The notes under the pieces were generated by a model that saw only the letters and a program-made list of their open reading frames with translations, had not been told where the DNA came from and made no database searches. From a virus (Duplodnaviria; Caudoviricetes): a stretch of DNA of 59,435 nt. The DNA is taken from positions 1 through 59,435 of IMG/VR virus record IMGVR_UViG_3300020401_000018. One strand, written 5' to 3'. This document shows positions 30,184 to 38,730 of this stretch, in pieces (the first letter of the stretch is position 1; every line of letters starts with the position of its first letter). A program made the translations under genes and the position numbers.

Positions 30184-31203
30184 TTATTGTCCTCCCGCCG
30201 ATTTTTGGCGTTGTTTTTGGCGTGCGTATTCTTTTAAGTCCACCCCTAGTCTATTAGCCATTTCAACTTCCGTTTTGCTTAATTTAACTTTGGATGTGCC
30301 GACGGTTGCACGTGTTCCGCCTACAACTGTTGGAACTTTTTTAGCTCCCTTCACTTTAAACTTATCTGGAAATTCCGATCTAAGTCTAGCGTCAAGTTCT
30401 GCATAATATTCATCTGGATCAAGTTCAGGGTTTATACCATCTTCTATTATTTCCTTATGAATTAGAACTGCAGCCTGTGACATGATTCTGTCTGAAGTTT
30501 CATTGCCCCCAAACCATTTATTTCTTTTTTGCCAATCAAGTGCTCTTCTATCAGGCACTCTCTGACTTTGTGGTTGTTCAGCAGCTACGTCTTCTTTGGA
30601 TTCATTGCCAGAAGGTTTTTGAGGTACACGAGATTCTGCTCGTGCCTTGTACTGTTTAGCGACAAGTGTCTCAGCTTTAACAGTAGCTAAAGTATCAGTT
30701 GCTTTGATTTCCTCTTCAACATTGCCACTTTCTTTAGCAATCTTCAAAGCAGTTAAGGCTTGTTCTTCTCGGCTAGATAGGCCTTCAATATAGTTATTAA
30801 TTGAATCCAATTCGTTTTGAGCAGATGCTCTAGCGAATTGATCTGTCTTCGCTTGTAAAGAATATTTCTCATCCTCTGCGGCTTTGAGTTTTTCTTCTAG
30901 TTCCTTTTTTTGTGCGACAAGACGCTTTATCCTTTTTTCAGCTCTCTTGCCGAATACTTTTTTTGAGTCATCTTCGGTTGTTTCAGGTTCTTCAGATTCT
31001 TCTTTTATTTCTTCAGACGTGTCATCAGCAATTTCTTCCTGATCGTTTGTCTCTTCTTTTGTATCCGATTCCTCTTTCACTTCTTCAGTGATTGGAGACT
31101 CAGTATCACTAGTCTCTTCAGGCTGTTCGCCTTCATCTTCAGCCAAATCTATAACTACATCTTCTAGTTCTTCGATTTGTCCTGCTTGCTCATTGTCTAT
31201 CAT
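30184..31203 (-). CDS. Scaffolding protein
   Basis: Acidic N-terminus, coiled coil, C-terminal LSKTEVEMANRLGVDLKEYA; GGAGG before ATG 31203. Confidence 0.75.
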   Translation of the reverse strand: MIDNEQAGQIEELEDVVIDLAEDEGEQPEETSDTESPITEEVKEESDTKEETNDQEEIADDTSEEIKEESEEPETTEDDSKKVFGKRAEKRIKRLVAQKKELEEKLKAAEDEKYSLQAKTDQFARASAQNELDSINNYIEGLSSREEQALTALKIAKESGNVEEEIKATDTLATVKAETLVAKQYKARAESRVPQKPSGNESKEDVAAEQPQSQRVPDRRALDWQKRNKWFGGNETSDRIMSQAAVLIHKEIIEDGINPELDPDEYYAELDARLRSEFPDKFKVKGAKKVPTVVGGTRATVGTSKVKLSKTEVEMANRLGVDLKEYARQKQRQKSAGGQ

Positions 31204-31253
31204 ATCAGACCTCCTTTGGGTGCGACCCACGTTAAACGCTGTTAATTGTTATT

Positions 31254-31282
31254 ATTATACGCTAATTTCTTGCGACTTGCAA
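31254..31282 (-). promoter_or_regulatory. sigma70-type promoter for the capsid operon
   Basis: TTGCAA-17 nt-TATAAT. Confidence 0.75.
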
Positions 31283-31284
31283 GT

Positions 31285-31617
31285 CTATTTGGCAGAAACT
31301 TTATCTTGATCAGGAACTACAGCAATAACTTCATCATCATTTATTATGCAGTATTCTTCTTGATTGTATCTAAATTTGTGCCCAATATATTTTCCAGTTA
31401 ATACCCAGTCGCCAACCTTGCACCATTGGCTACCTTTATCAGTATAACAGTCAGCTCCCATAGCTAATACTTTTGATACATTAGTCTGTAAAGCCTGATG
31501 ATCTTTACTAATATCAGCTAATATAATGCCCCCTGCTGTCTTTTCTTGTATCTCCCTAGGTTTTAAAAGTATTCTAAAACCAGATGGTTCTGGTAGAGTT
31601 TCATCAATTATCTTCAT
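31285..31617 (-). CDS. groES: Co-chaperonin GroES-like protein
   Basis: PSGFRILLKP...KTAGGIIL...KVGDWV...INDDEVIAVV. Confidence 0.9.
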   Translation of the reverse strand: MKIIDETLPEPSGFRILLKPREIQEKTAGGIILADISKDHQALQTNVSKVLAMGADCYTDKGSQWCKVGDWVLTGKYIGHKFRYNQEEYCIINDDEVIAVVPDQDKVSAK

Positions 31618-31819
31618 TATCTTCTCCTGTTGCTTTGATTTGTTTAATATATTCATCATGGATTCTGGCTTTCATATCTACTAATGTTTGAAAAACTCCT
31701 ACTAAATATTTATAGGTTTCAAAATTTTCAGCAGCTCCATTAGAAACTTGTTCTTGATTAGTTTGAATAGCATCAGTCAATACCTTATCTATTCTATTTT
31801 TAAATGCATGTACACTCAT
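31604..31819 (-). CDS. Small helical hypothetical protein
   Basis: AGGAG SD; GAAENFETYKYLVG. Confidence 0.7.
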   Translation of the reverse strand: MSVHAFKNRIDKVLTDAIQTNQEQVSNGAAENFETYKYLVGVFQTLVDMKARIHDEYIKQIKATGEDNEDN

Positions 31820-31846
31820 TTGATCTCCTGTCAGGGGGCACGTTAA

Positions 31847-32269
31847 TTATTTAATTTTAATTGTCTTAGGTTTCTTCTCCTCTGGTACAATCTTTTCTAA
31901 TTCTATGCAAAGCATACCGTTAGTAAACCTAGCATCTTTAACAACTATATCTTCAGCTAGACAAAAGCTTCTGGTAAAAGCTCTCTGTGAAATACCCTTG
32001 TGTAAGGTATCTTTATTGTCTTCTTGTTTCTTAGATTTGATTGTTAATGTGTTATCAGCATAGGTAACATCAATATTCTTTTTATCAAAGCCAGCTAATG
32101 CTACTTCAATAGAATATGTAAAGTCCCCAGTTCTGTAAATGTTATATGGTGGATAACTCGGTGAGTCCATTTCAATGGATGTGAGTCTGTCCAAAAATGA
32201 ATCGAAACCTATAGTAAATGGTCTATATGGTTCCCAATCTATTAATGAGTTAGGTAATGATCTAATCAT
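31847..32269 (-). CDS. Small heat shock protein (Hsp20/IbpA family)
   Basis: SYPPYNI...IEVALAGF...HKGISQRAFTRSF...NGMLCIEL...PEEKKP. Confidence 0.95.
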   Translation of the reverse strand: MIRSLPNSLIDWEPYRPFTIGFDSFLDRLTSIEMDSPSYPPYNIYRTGDFTYSIEVALAGFDKKNIDVTYADNTLTIKSKKQEDNKDTLHKGISQRAFTRSFCLAEDIVVKDARFTNGMLCIELEKIVPEEKKPKTIKIK

Positions 32270-32318
32270 AATTTCCTCCGTTAAGCAAAATTAAATTTCA
32301 ATCCCTTTCGGCGATCTT
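32270..32318 (-). promoter_or_regulatory. ROSE-like RNA thermometer in hsp20 5' UTR
   Basis: UUGCU 4 nt before GGAGG SD, plus an upstream GAAA-loop hairpin. Confidence 0.55.
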
Positions 32319-32324
32319 AAGCTA

Positions 32325-32353
32325 ATTATATACTCATTATAATTCTTTGTCAA
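32325..32353 (-). promoter_or_regulatory. sigma70 consensus promoter for hsp20-groES
   Basis: Perfect TTGACA-17 nt-TATAAT. Confidence 0.85.
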
Positions 32354-33107
32354 GTATTTCAAAATACTTTTCCTGAGATTCATTTAAATCAACTAAGTCT
32401 TTAACACTATCATCATTCTTGCATAATTTTTCATAGATAGTTTTATCTGTGCACCATTTTCTTCCTGTCCAAAATTCAAACCCATCATAATGTAATTTAT
32501 ATAAACTACTATTTTCATAGGCATATGATAGATAGTATTTATCGAATCCGTTATCTATTGCCCATTTAATCTCATATAATGTAGCGTACGATCCCATACC
32601 TAATTTAGGATTTTCATAATCCCACGCAAATTGCCCTGTAATCAAGTGTTTGTTATATGTTATAAGTTCTGTAAAAGCAATAGGATTGTCATTATGATAG
32701 TAAACGAAATATCTCCAATCAATAGGGTCATCTCTGTAAAACTCCTCACTTTCTTCTTCATTATTTTTTTCATAAAACTTTTTGTGTCTTATGTATTTTC
32801 TATAAATAGATGCTAGTATTTCTACCAACTCCTCAGTTAAATCATCAAATACTTTAACTGTTATTTCTTTATTCTTTAACTTATACCTTTTATTTTTATT
32901 AAAATTAAATTTAGTTAAATCTAATCTACAGCTTCTAGCATTAATCCATGTCTGGCCATCAAGTTTTGTGTAGTACCAAGACAGAGGAATCCAACCATTA
33001 TCTAAAGCATAATCATATTCTTCTGGCTCAAATTGTGCAAGTATTAAAGAATATATTAAATCGTAATGTGTTAACTTGCCTGTTATGTGATCGAAAAAGA
33101 TCTTCAC
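32337..33107 (-). CDS. ATE/Bpt-like aminoacyl-tRNA--protein transferase
   Basis: LDNGW...RSCRL; LGMGSYATLYEIKWA...YYLSYAY...YK, matching the ATE C-terminal pattern; GTG start. Confidence 0.78.
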   Translation of the reverse strand: MKIFFDHITGKLTHYDLIYSLILAQFEPEEYDYALDNGWIPLSWYYTKLDGQTWINARSCRLDLTKFNFNKNKRYKLKNKEITVKVFDDLTEELVEILASIYRKYIRHKKFYEKNNEEESEEFYRDDPIDWRYFVYYHNDNPIAFTELITYNKHLITGQFAWDYENPKLGMGSYATLYEIKWAIDNGFDKYYLSYAYENSSLYKLHYDGFEFWTGRKWCTDKTIYEKLCKNDDSVKDLVDLNESQEKYFEILDKEL

Positions 33108-33739
33108 TTCTCACGTTCAAATTGAGTCATGTATGAGTCGTCTGTCCACGAATCTTCTCGTGTATTTTCAACTGTATAAAATGTTTGATCTATTAGATAG
33201 CCTGGATTTTTGTCTAATCTTTTTTCCATATAAGCATCATCATACCAAATAATTCTATTATTAGGATAAGCAAAAAAAGTACCTTCATCCATTCTAAACA
33301 TGTGAGCACATTTGTGTTCAGGGTCTTCAGAAAAATTAGTATCTAAAAAAGAAGACTTATCTTCCCAAGCCCAGTCAATAGTAAACATATACGTGCCTTT
33401 TCTTTTTTCACCTTTAAAGTCTACCAACTCAGCTCTGCAATTAGCTAATCTATTTCGTCTTTGTACATTAACATATGGAGAAAAGCAATCCCAATATTGA
33501 TGTATATTTAAATCATGTTTAGGAGCTTCTTTCTTCCAAACAAAAGAATGTATAGGTCTACGAGTCCAATTAACTCCATTAGGTAATAAACACTCAAATA
33601 ACAAAGCTCGTCTTTCCAAAGATGCTACACAATGTACGTCACAGAATGTAAACTCCCCATGTCCTTTTGTATGATCAAAAAGGTATTCGTTTCTTATATA
33701 TGCTGAAAAAGGGGGAATGTTATGATTAAGATAAGCCAT
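33104..33739 (-). CDS. Hypothetical protein
   Basis: MAYLNHNIP...WDCFS...YMFTIDW...EHKCAH...PNNR. Confidence 0.8.
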   Translation of the reverse strand: MAYLNHNIPPFSAYIRNEYLFDHTKGHGEFTFCDVHCVASLERRALLFECLLPNGVNWTRRPIHSFVWKKEAPKHDLNIHQYWDCFSPYVNVQRRNRLANCRAELVDFKGEKRKGTYMFTIDWAWEDKSSFLDTNFSEDPEHKCAHMFRMDEGTFFAYPNNRIIWYDDAYMEKRLDKNPGYLIDQTFYTVENTREDSWTDDSYMTQFEREK

Positions 33740-34265
33740 AGTATGTTCCTTTGTATGTTGGACTCCAAACAGGAGTTAGTTTAGTTTTTTTACGTGAGGG
33801 CAAGTCAATATAAACATCTTCTGTAATGTTAATATCTTCTTGCCATATCATATCTGTTTTTTCTTCTTTTAGCAATCTTTCTCTTTCAGGTATCCAATAA
33901 TTATTATATAAATTTAAAAGATTATCTTTTGCTATATTAAAATCGTTTTGATTAAAAAATCTATCTGTTGTATGTTTTAAAGATCCGTGCCAATGATAAT
34001 TTACTGCAGACATATAGGTGCTATATATCCAAGCGTCTTGATCTTTTCTATCTACTATAATGTATTTATCTGCCCCCTTTAATGGAGCAAGGGTGTACAA
34101 AAATTGATATTTAAAAATAATATTCTGATTTGCTTTAAGTACGTTTAATCCATCTTTATGATTAGTAATTTCATAAATCATTAAAAAATTATCTAGTTTG
34201 TTTGCTAAACTAGCCAAGACAACAGTGCCACCGCATCTGCCTGGATTAACTATACATACTTTCAT
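33726..34265 (-). CDS. Sulfotransferase-like protein (possibly degenerate)
   Basis: N-terminal PGRCGGT (PSB-loop-like); IIVDRKD...YS (3'-PB-like). Confidence 0.55.
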   Translation of the reverse strand: MKVCIVNPGRCGGTVVLASLANKLDNFLMIYEITNHKDGLNVLKANQNIIFKYQFLYTLAPLKGADKYIIVDRKDQDAWIYSTYMSAVNYHWHGSLKHTTDRFFNQNDFNIAKDNLLNLYNNYWIPERERLLKEEKTDMIWQEDINITEDVYIDLPSRKKTKLTPVWSPTYKGTYYGLS

Positions 34266-34268
34266 TGA

Positions 34269-34574
34269 TCACCACTTAACTTTATCAGCCCAATAAGCTG
34301 CAGACATCTTACCTTTCTTTATATTTTTACCATGTCTTGCTTTGAATGATTTACGTTTTGCTTTCATTCTAGCTGATTCCCCTGCTTTTGGTTTACCTGC
34401 AGTTCCTGATAATGTTCCCACTTTCTTTCCCTGCTGACCAAACCGAATAGTTTTAATTTTATCTCCTTCTTTAGCCACCACTATATGTGACTTCTTAGGA
34501 TGATTAGGAGTTCTTTTAGGTTTGTTAAACCCAGATACTCCTGCTCTCGCTAATCTTGAATCTTTTTTACTCAT
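34269..34574 (-). CDS. Small basic protein
   Basis: IRFGQQG...RKSFKARH...AYWADKVKW. Confidence 0.8.
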   Translation of the reverse strand: MSKKDSRLARAGVSGFNKPKRTPNHPKKSHIVVAKEGDKIKTIRFGQQGKKVGTLSGTAGKPKAGESARMKAKRKSFKARHGKNIKKGKMSAAYWADKVKW

Positions 34575-34810
34575 CTATATCTCCTGGTTTTCTTTGCAAT
34601 ATTTTTAGGTTGTTTTACAAACTGTTTACCTTTCTTTGTGCCTTTTCTTTTTGCCCTAGTTGTAGCGGCATATTCCGCAGGGGATAAAGCTTTAATGGCT
34701 GCTTCAGGTAAATATCTTTCTCCAGTCTTAGAAGATTTCTTTCCAGACTTAGTTCTCCACTTTTGTTTAGTCCAATTCTTAAGACTTTGTTGACTTTTTT
34801 TTATTGCCAT
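34571..34810 (-). CDS. Small basic protein
   Basis: SLKNWTKQKWRTKSG...GERYLP. Confidence 0.8.
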   Translation of the reverse strand: MAIKKSQQSLKNWTKQKWRTKSGKKSSKTGERYLPEAAIKALSPAEYAATTRAKRKGTKKGKQFVKQPKNIAKKTRRYR

Positions 34811-35081
34811 GTTTCTTCCTTAAACTTTCTTTAGCTTTCTTAGCTATTGCAGCTTGTTGTGACTTTCCTGCCACTTTACTTCTTTGTTCCATAACTGTAA
34901 GTATTTGTATCTTACGAGCATATGGTTTATTAATTCTTTTAACTTTAGCAGCTGTTGCTCTTGCATCTGCAGGTGTTGCATATTTTATACTTACAGTATC
35001 TTTTGGATTTTCATCCGTATACAATCTACGGCCAGACCCTTTAGGTTTTTTACCTGTTCCGACTCTTGGATCTTTTGCCAT
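34779..35081 (-). CDS. Small basic protein
   Basis: GTGKKPKGSGRRLYTDENPKDTV. Confidence 0.8.
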   Translation of the reverse strand: MAKDPRVGTGKKPKGSGRRLYTDENPKDTVSIKYATPADARATAAKVKRINKPYARKIQILTVMEQRSKVAGKSQQAAIAKKAKESLRKKHGNKKKSTKS

Positions 35082-35187
35082 TTTTACCTATTGCACTTTG
35101 TAACGATTTAGCTTGACTTGCATGCGTCTTAGATGCTTTCTTCAAACCTTTAATTACTTTTTTTATTTTTTTTATTTTTGATTTCAT
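35050..35187 (-). CDS. Small basic protein (45 aa, not in ORF track)
   Basis: MKSKIKKIKKVIKGLKKASKTHASQAKSL. Confidence 0.6.
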   Translation of the reverse strand: MKSKIKKIKKVIKGLKKASKTHASQAKSLQSAIGKNGKRSKSRNR

Positions 35188-35278
35188 TCCTTAATAACCT
35201 CTCTATAGGAAAGTTTTTGTAAGTAGAAGTTATCCATTCATTGTTTATTCTGACTGGCTTTACTCTTCTGCCTACCAT
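35150..35278 (-). CDS. Small basic protein (42 aa, not in ORF track)
   Basis: TAATG coupling; MVGRRVKPVRINNEW. Confidence 0.45.
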   Translation of the reverse strand: MVGRRVKPVRINNEWITSTYKNFPIERLLRNEIKNKKNKKSN

Positions 35279-35496
35279 TATTTATAACCGCCGCCTTTAG
35301 CTTTATATTGTTTGGCTAACATTTGCGCTTTACGAGCTGACCACTGTCCAGGTTTGCCTCCTTTGCCTCCAGCTTTTATTCTGTTAAACAAAGACTTTCT
35401 CATTCCTGGTTTAGTATAGTTACCAGCTTCGTTGACTTTAGATTTACTTTTTGGTTTTCTTTTTGTAGTCATTCCAGTTTGTCCTCTTGTTATCAT
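35278..35496 (-). CDS. Small basic protein
   Basis: NYTKPGMRK...GQWSARKAQMLAKQYKAKGGGYK. Confidence 0.8.
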   Translation of the reverse strand: MITRGQTGMTTKRKPKSKSKVNEAGNYTKPGMRKSLFNRIKAGGKGGKPGQWSARKAQMLAKQYKAKGGGYK

Positions 35497-35714
35497 TCTA
35501 TAATCTTTTTAATTTTTAATCGACCCATATCTTCATACACTTCTGCTTTTACTTCTTTACATTGCATGTATATGCCCTCTTGCTCTTCTCCGATGTTTCT
35601 AGAAATAATACGTTTCTGCTTGAGACAGTCGCTAAGGCCCTCCGTCGGCACCATCTCAATTGTTGAACCGTTCTGTATCATCAGTATTGCAAATACAACT
35701 TTAATGGTTTCCAT
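35493..35714 (-). CDS. Hypothetical protein
   Basis: Coupled ORF with two Cys. Confidence 0.7.
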   Translation of the reverse strand: METIKVVFAILMIQNGSTIEMVPTEGLSDCLKQKRIISRNIGEEQEGIYMQCKEVKAEVYEDMGRLKIKKIIE

Positions 35715-36084
35715 TCGCTTTTGACTCCAAATCTATTAATCTTTCCTCATGAAATTGTATTACCATATCATTCTTTAGTATCATTGGTATCTCTGCTTCC
35801 ATTTGTTCTTTTAGTTTGTCTACGCTTTCACCAAGGTATTCCACGAGCATGTAGAGCTCCTGGACCTGTGGACTGACCATGCCGCCTTTGGGCACGGAAT
35901 CTATAAACGTATTAGCTGCTTCTAAATCTTTATGCATTAGTCTTAGATCTGACTCTATACTATTAAGTCGCTCCAAAACCCCAAAGCCGAACCAAGCACC
36001 CACAAGACAAGCGCCAATGATAGTGAGTAAGTTACGAACTGGCATCGAGACTGCGGTGTTTTCATCTACGTCTAACCTTTTCAT
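35701..36084 (-). CDS. Membrane-anchored coiled-coil protein
   Basis: N-terminal TM followed by coiled coil. Confidence 0.7.
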   Translation of the reverse strand: MKRLDVDENTAVSMPVRNLLTIIGACLVGAWFGFGVLERLNSIESDLRLMHKDLEAANTFIDSVPKGGMVSPQVQELYMLVEYLGESVDKLKEQMEAEIPMILKNDMVIQFHEERLIDLESKANGNH

Positions 36085-36308
36085 ACTTCTTCTAATTGTT
36101 TACCTTCACAAAAAAATGCCCAGGTCTTTAAATTTTTTCCATCTCTTTCGCCGTGCACTTCTGCAAGTTTATAAACTAATTCTGCTTTATTCCAAAATAC
36201 ATAATCTAAACATTCTGTTTTCTGAATAAATGTTTTTTCAGAGTATGTGCTGTATGTTGGACCGTCTATATCAACATGCCATAGCATAGCAGAAATTAAC
36301 CAAATCAT
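36081..36308 (-). CDS. Hypothetical protein
   Basis: Coupled to portal stop. Confidence 0.65.
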   Translation of the reverse strand: MIWLISAMLWHVDIDGPTYSTYSEKTFIQKTECLDYVFWNKAELVYKLAEVHGERDGKNLKTWAFFCEGKQLEEV

Positions 36309-38707
36309 AAGTCGCCTTCAGTTTTTAACATAACTTTGTCTGCGCCTGTTCTTGCAGCAACATCCATAGCTTTTTCTGTTAATCTTAGTTTGCGATCATC
36401 ATCTTTGTTTTCATCATCAATAATCATTTCAGCTTCTTTAAGAGCTAACTTATCTTCTTCAATTTTTAAATCATTCATCATTTTCTGCGCACGTAATGCT
36501 AAATCTTTTTCTTGTATTTCAATATGAGGATCTTTTTGTTCACCTTCTAATATTTTCATTTTAGCCTCGTTTAACTGTAAAACAGAATCAGATGCGTTAG
36601 CTGCAACTAAAGCTACTTGATTTTCTAACTCAGGTGGCAACTGTTGTTGTGACATTACCATTTGTTGCATACGAGGATCTGGAATCATCTGAGCCATTTC
36701 TTGTCTATACTTAAGAGCTAAGTGATCTTGTATATGTGACATCAATATTTGTTGTACTTGTGGATTAGATTTGTACATAGGATTTTGTAAGAAAGTTCCG
36801 TGAGTAATAATATGTGCATCGTGATTCTGATCAGGCCTAGCTTGTAGTGCCCCTCCTTTTAATGCTACCATATTCTCTGTAACAGGATCTCCACTAAAAG
36901 GTTGTTGTGCTTGCTTCATATAAGCTTGTGGATTTTCTACACCCATAGCCGAGAATAATTCTTGTGAAATGTATTGCATGTTATACATACTAGGATTTTG
37001 TTTTGCTAGTTCCATAATAGCATTTAACTTAGCAAGTCTATGCGCTTCAGTCGGCATGTTAGGATCTGATACAGGTATTACATCAATACTTTTTAAATCA
37101 AAGTCTACTCTTAAAACTTGTTGAGCACCACCCGCTACTTCATACGGATAAACTTCAGGTAAGTATTCATGATCTAATCGTGCTAATATTCTTAAATCTT
37201 TAGTTTGTGATTCATGCATACGTTTATGTACAGCAGCAAATAGTTTACTAGATTGTTCTAGTAAAGCTAAAGTAGTACCGACTGGACCGTAGTTACTTCC
37301 TGATTCAGCGATATTATCTGTAGCGTCTGCAAATTCTTTAGCAGCATTTGTTACATACTGCATTAAATTATACAATGTAGATGATGGTTCTTTAAATGGT
37401 AAAGGTTGTAACGCTTTTGTTAAATCACCTGCAGGTGCGTTAACTTCTCTAAACTCACCAGGGGCAATCGGCTCATCTGGAGCTAAGACACGCAAACCGT
37501 GCGCTTTAAAGCCCCCTGGTAAATTAGCAAACGTGCCAGCATCTACTAGCTGACGTAGTGAAGAAGTAGCCGTTTTTGTTAGGCCACCAATAAGATGTAA
37601 ATAACCATAACCATAAAAACCTAAACCAGGTATCATAGTATAGTGTGTAAAATATTGTTTCTTTCTTTTTAGAGGATCTTGTTGATTCCAGTTTCTTCTA
37701 ATAGAAAAAACTTTTTGATCTGTGGTCATGTAAACTACATAAGGTAATTTAATACCATCTTCATTTTCAAAGCCAGGTAAATCTATATCAACATGCATTT
37801 CTAAAATTTCTACTCTATCTAAATTCTGTGAAGGCTTTCTAACACCTACAGCTTCATCAGCTGTTTCTTGTGCTGCACTTTCATCGATAGGTAGATCTTC
37901 TAAATAATCTATATCTGCAAATACTCCAGCCACTTGTAGTTTTTTAATTTGATTAGTGGACATAGAATATTTATGGGTAAATCTTTCAGCCGTTTCTAAA
38001 TTAGATGCATAGTAATCTACATAAAAATCTTGAGCTTTTACATACTGAGTCATTGGTCTATTCAATGTAACGTCCCAATAAGTTTTTTTAAATGCTGATC
38101 CGTATAAAGCTACATGAAACAATAGACGATCTAATTCAGGACCATACTCTGGCATTTGTATTTGAGTTTGCCAGTTCATGAAATTTCTAATACGATTTGC
38201 TTGTTGTAATTTTTGATCTGTCTGCACTCCCATAATTCTAGTACGAACAGGACCTTCAGTAGGATTTAATTCTTTAAATGCTTTAGCTTGAAACTTAACA
38301 ACAGACTGAGCAAGTATAGGATGGGTTACGCCACATGCCCCTGCAAAGGGTTGAGAACTTTCTTCGTATTGTAAACCTAATAAATTGACACCATCTTCTG
38401 CAATACTATCATACTCTTCTCTAGATTCTTTATCAACAGTATAGCCTTCATAAAGTTCCAAAGCTGTTTCAGTTATGTCTGATTCATCCATGAACTCTAC
38501 TAGATTAGCATCGAAGTCTGTAGCTGGATCCTGATTTTCTTCAAGCATCCCCATAGCTTCTGCTTCCATTAAAGCTTGATTATCAGGCAGTGTAACTTCT
38601 ATATTGCCTGCTTCATCTACACTAATATTTTCATCATCCGTATCAATCTTTACTGGGTTTGCAAAATCCCCTGGTAAAGTTGGTGTCATTACTTTCTCAA
38701 TTGCCAT
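36305..38707 (-). CDS. Portal protein
   Basis: 800 aa after TerL; HPILAQSVVKFQA, GSAFKK, PGLGFYG, DAGTFANLPGGFK. Confidence 0.9.
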   Translation of the reverse strand: MAIEKVMTPTLPGDFANPVKIDTDDENISVDEAGNIEVTLPDNQALMEAEAMGMLEENQDPATDFDANLVEFMDESDITETALELYEGYTVDKESREEYDSIAEDGVNLLGLQYEESSQPFAGACGVTHPILAQSVVKFQAKAFKELNPTEGPVRTRIMGVQTDQKLQQANRIRNFMNWQTQIQMPEYGPELDRLLFHVALYGSAFKKTYWDVTLNRPMTQYVKAQDFYVDYYASNLETAERFTHKYSMSTNQIKKLQVAGVFADIDYLEDLPIDESAAQETADEAVGVRKPSQNLDRVEILEMHVDIDLPGFENEDGIKLPYVVYMTTDQKVFSIRRNWNQQDPLKRKKQYFTHYTMIPGLGFYGYGYLHLIGGLTKTATSSLRQLVDAGTFANLPGGFKAHGLRVLAPDEPIAPGEFREVNAPAGDLTKALQPLPFKEPSSTLYNLMQYVTNAAKEFADATDNIAESGSNYGPVGTTLALLEQSSKLFAAVHKRMHESQTKDLRILARLDHEYLPEVYPYEVAGGAQQVLRVDFDLKSIDVIPVSDPNMPTEAHRLAKLNAIMELAKQNPSMYNMQYISQELFSAMGVENPQAYMKQAQQPFSGDPVTENMVALKGGALQARPDQNHDAHIITHGTFLQNPMYKSNPQVQQILMSHIQDHLALKYRQEMAQMIPDPRMQQMVMSQQQLPPELENQVALVAANASDSVLQLNEAKMKILEGEQKDPHIEIQEKDLALRAQKMMNDLKIEEDKLALKEAEMIIDDENKDDDRKLRLTEKAMDVAARTGADKVMLKTEGDL

Positions 38708-38730
38708 TTATTTTTCCTAAATCTCCTGCA

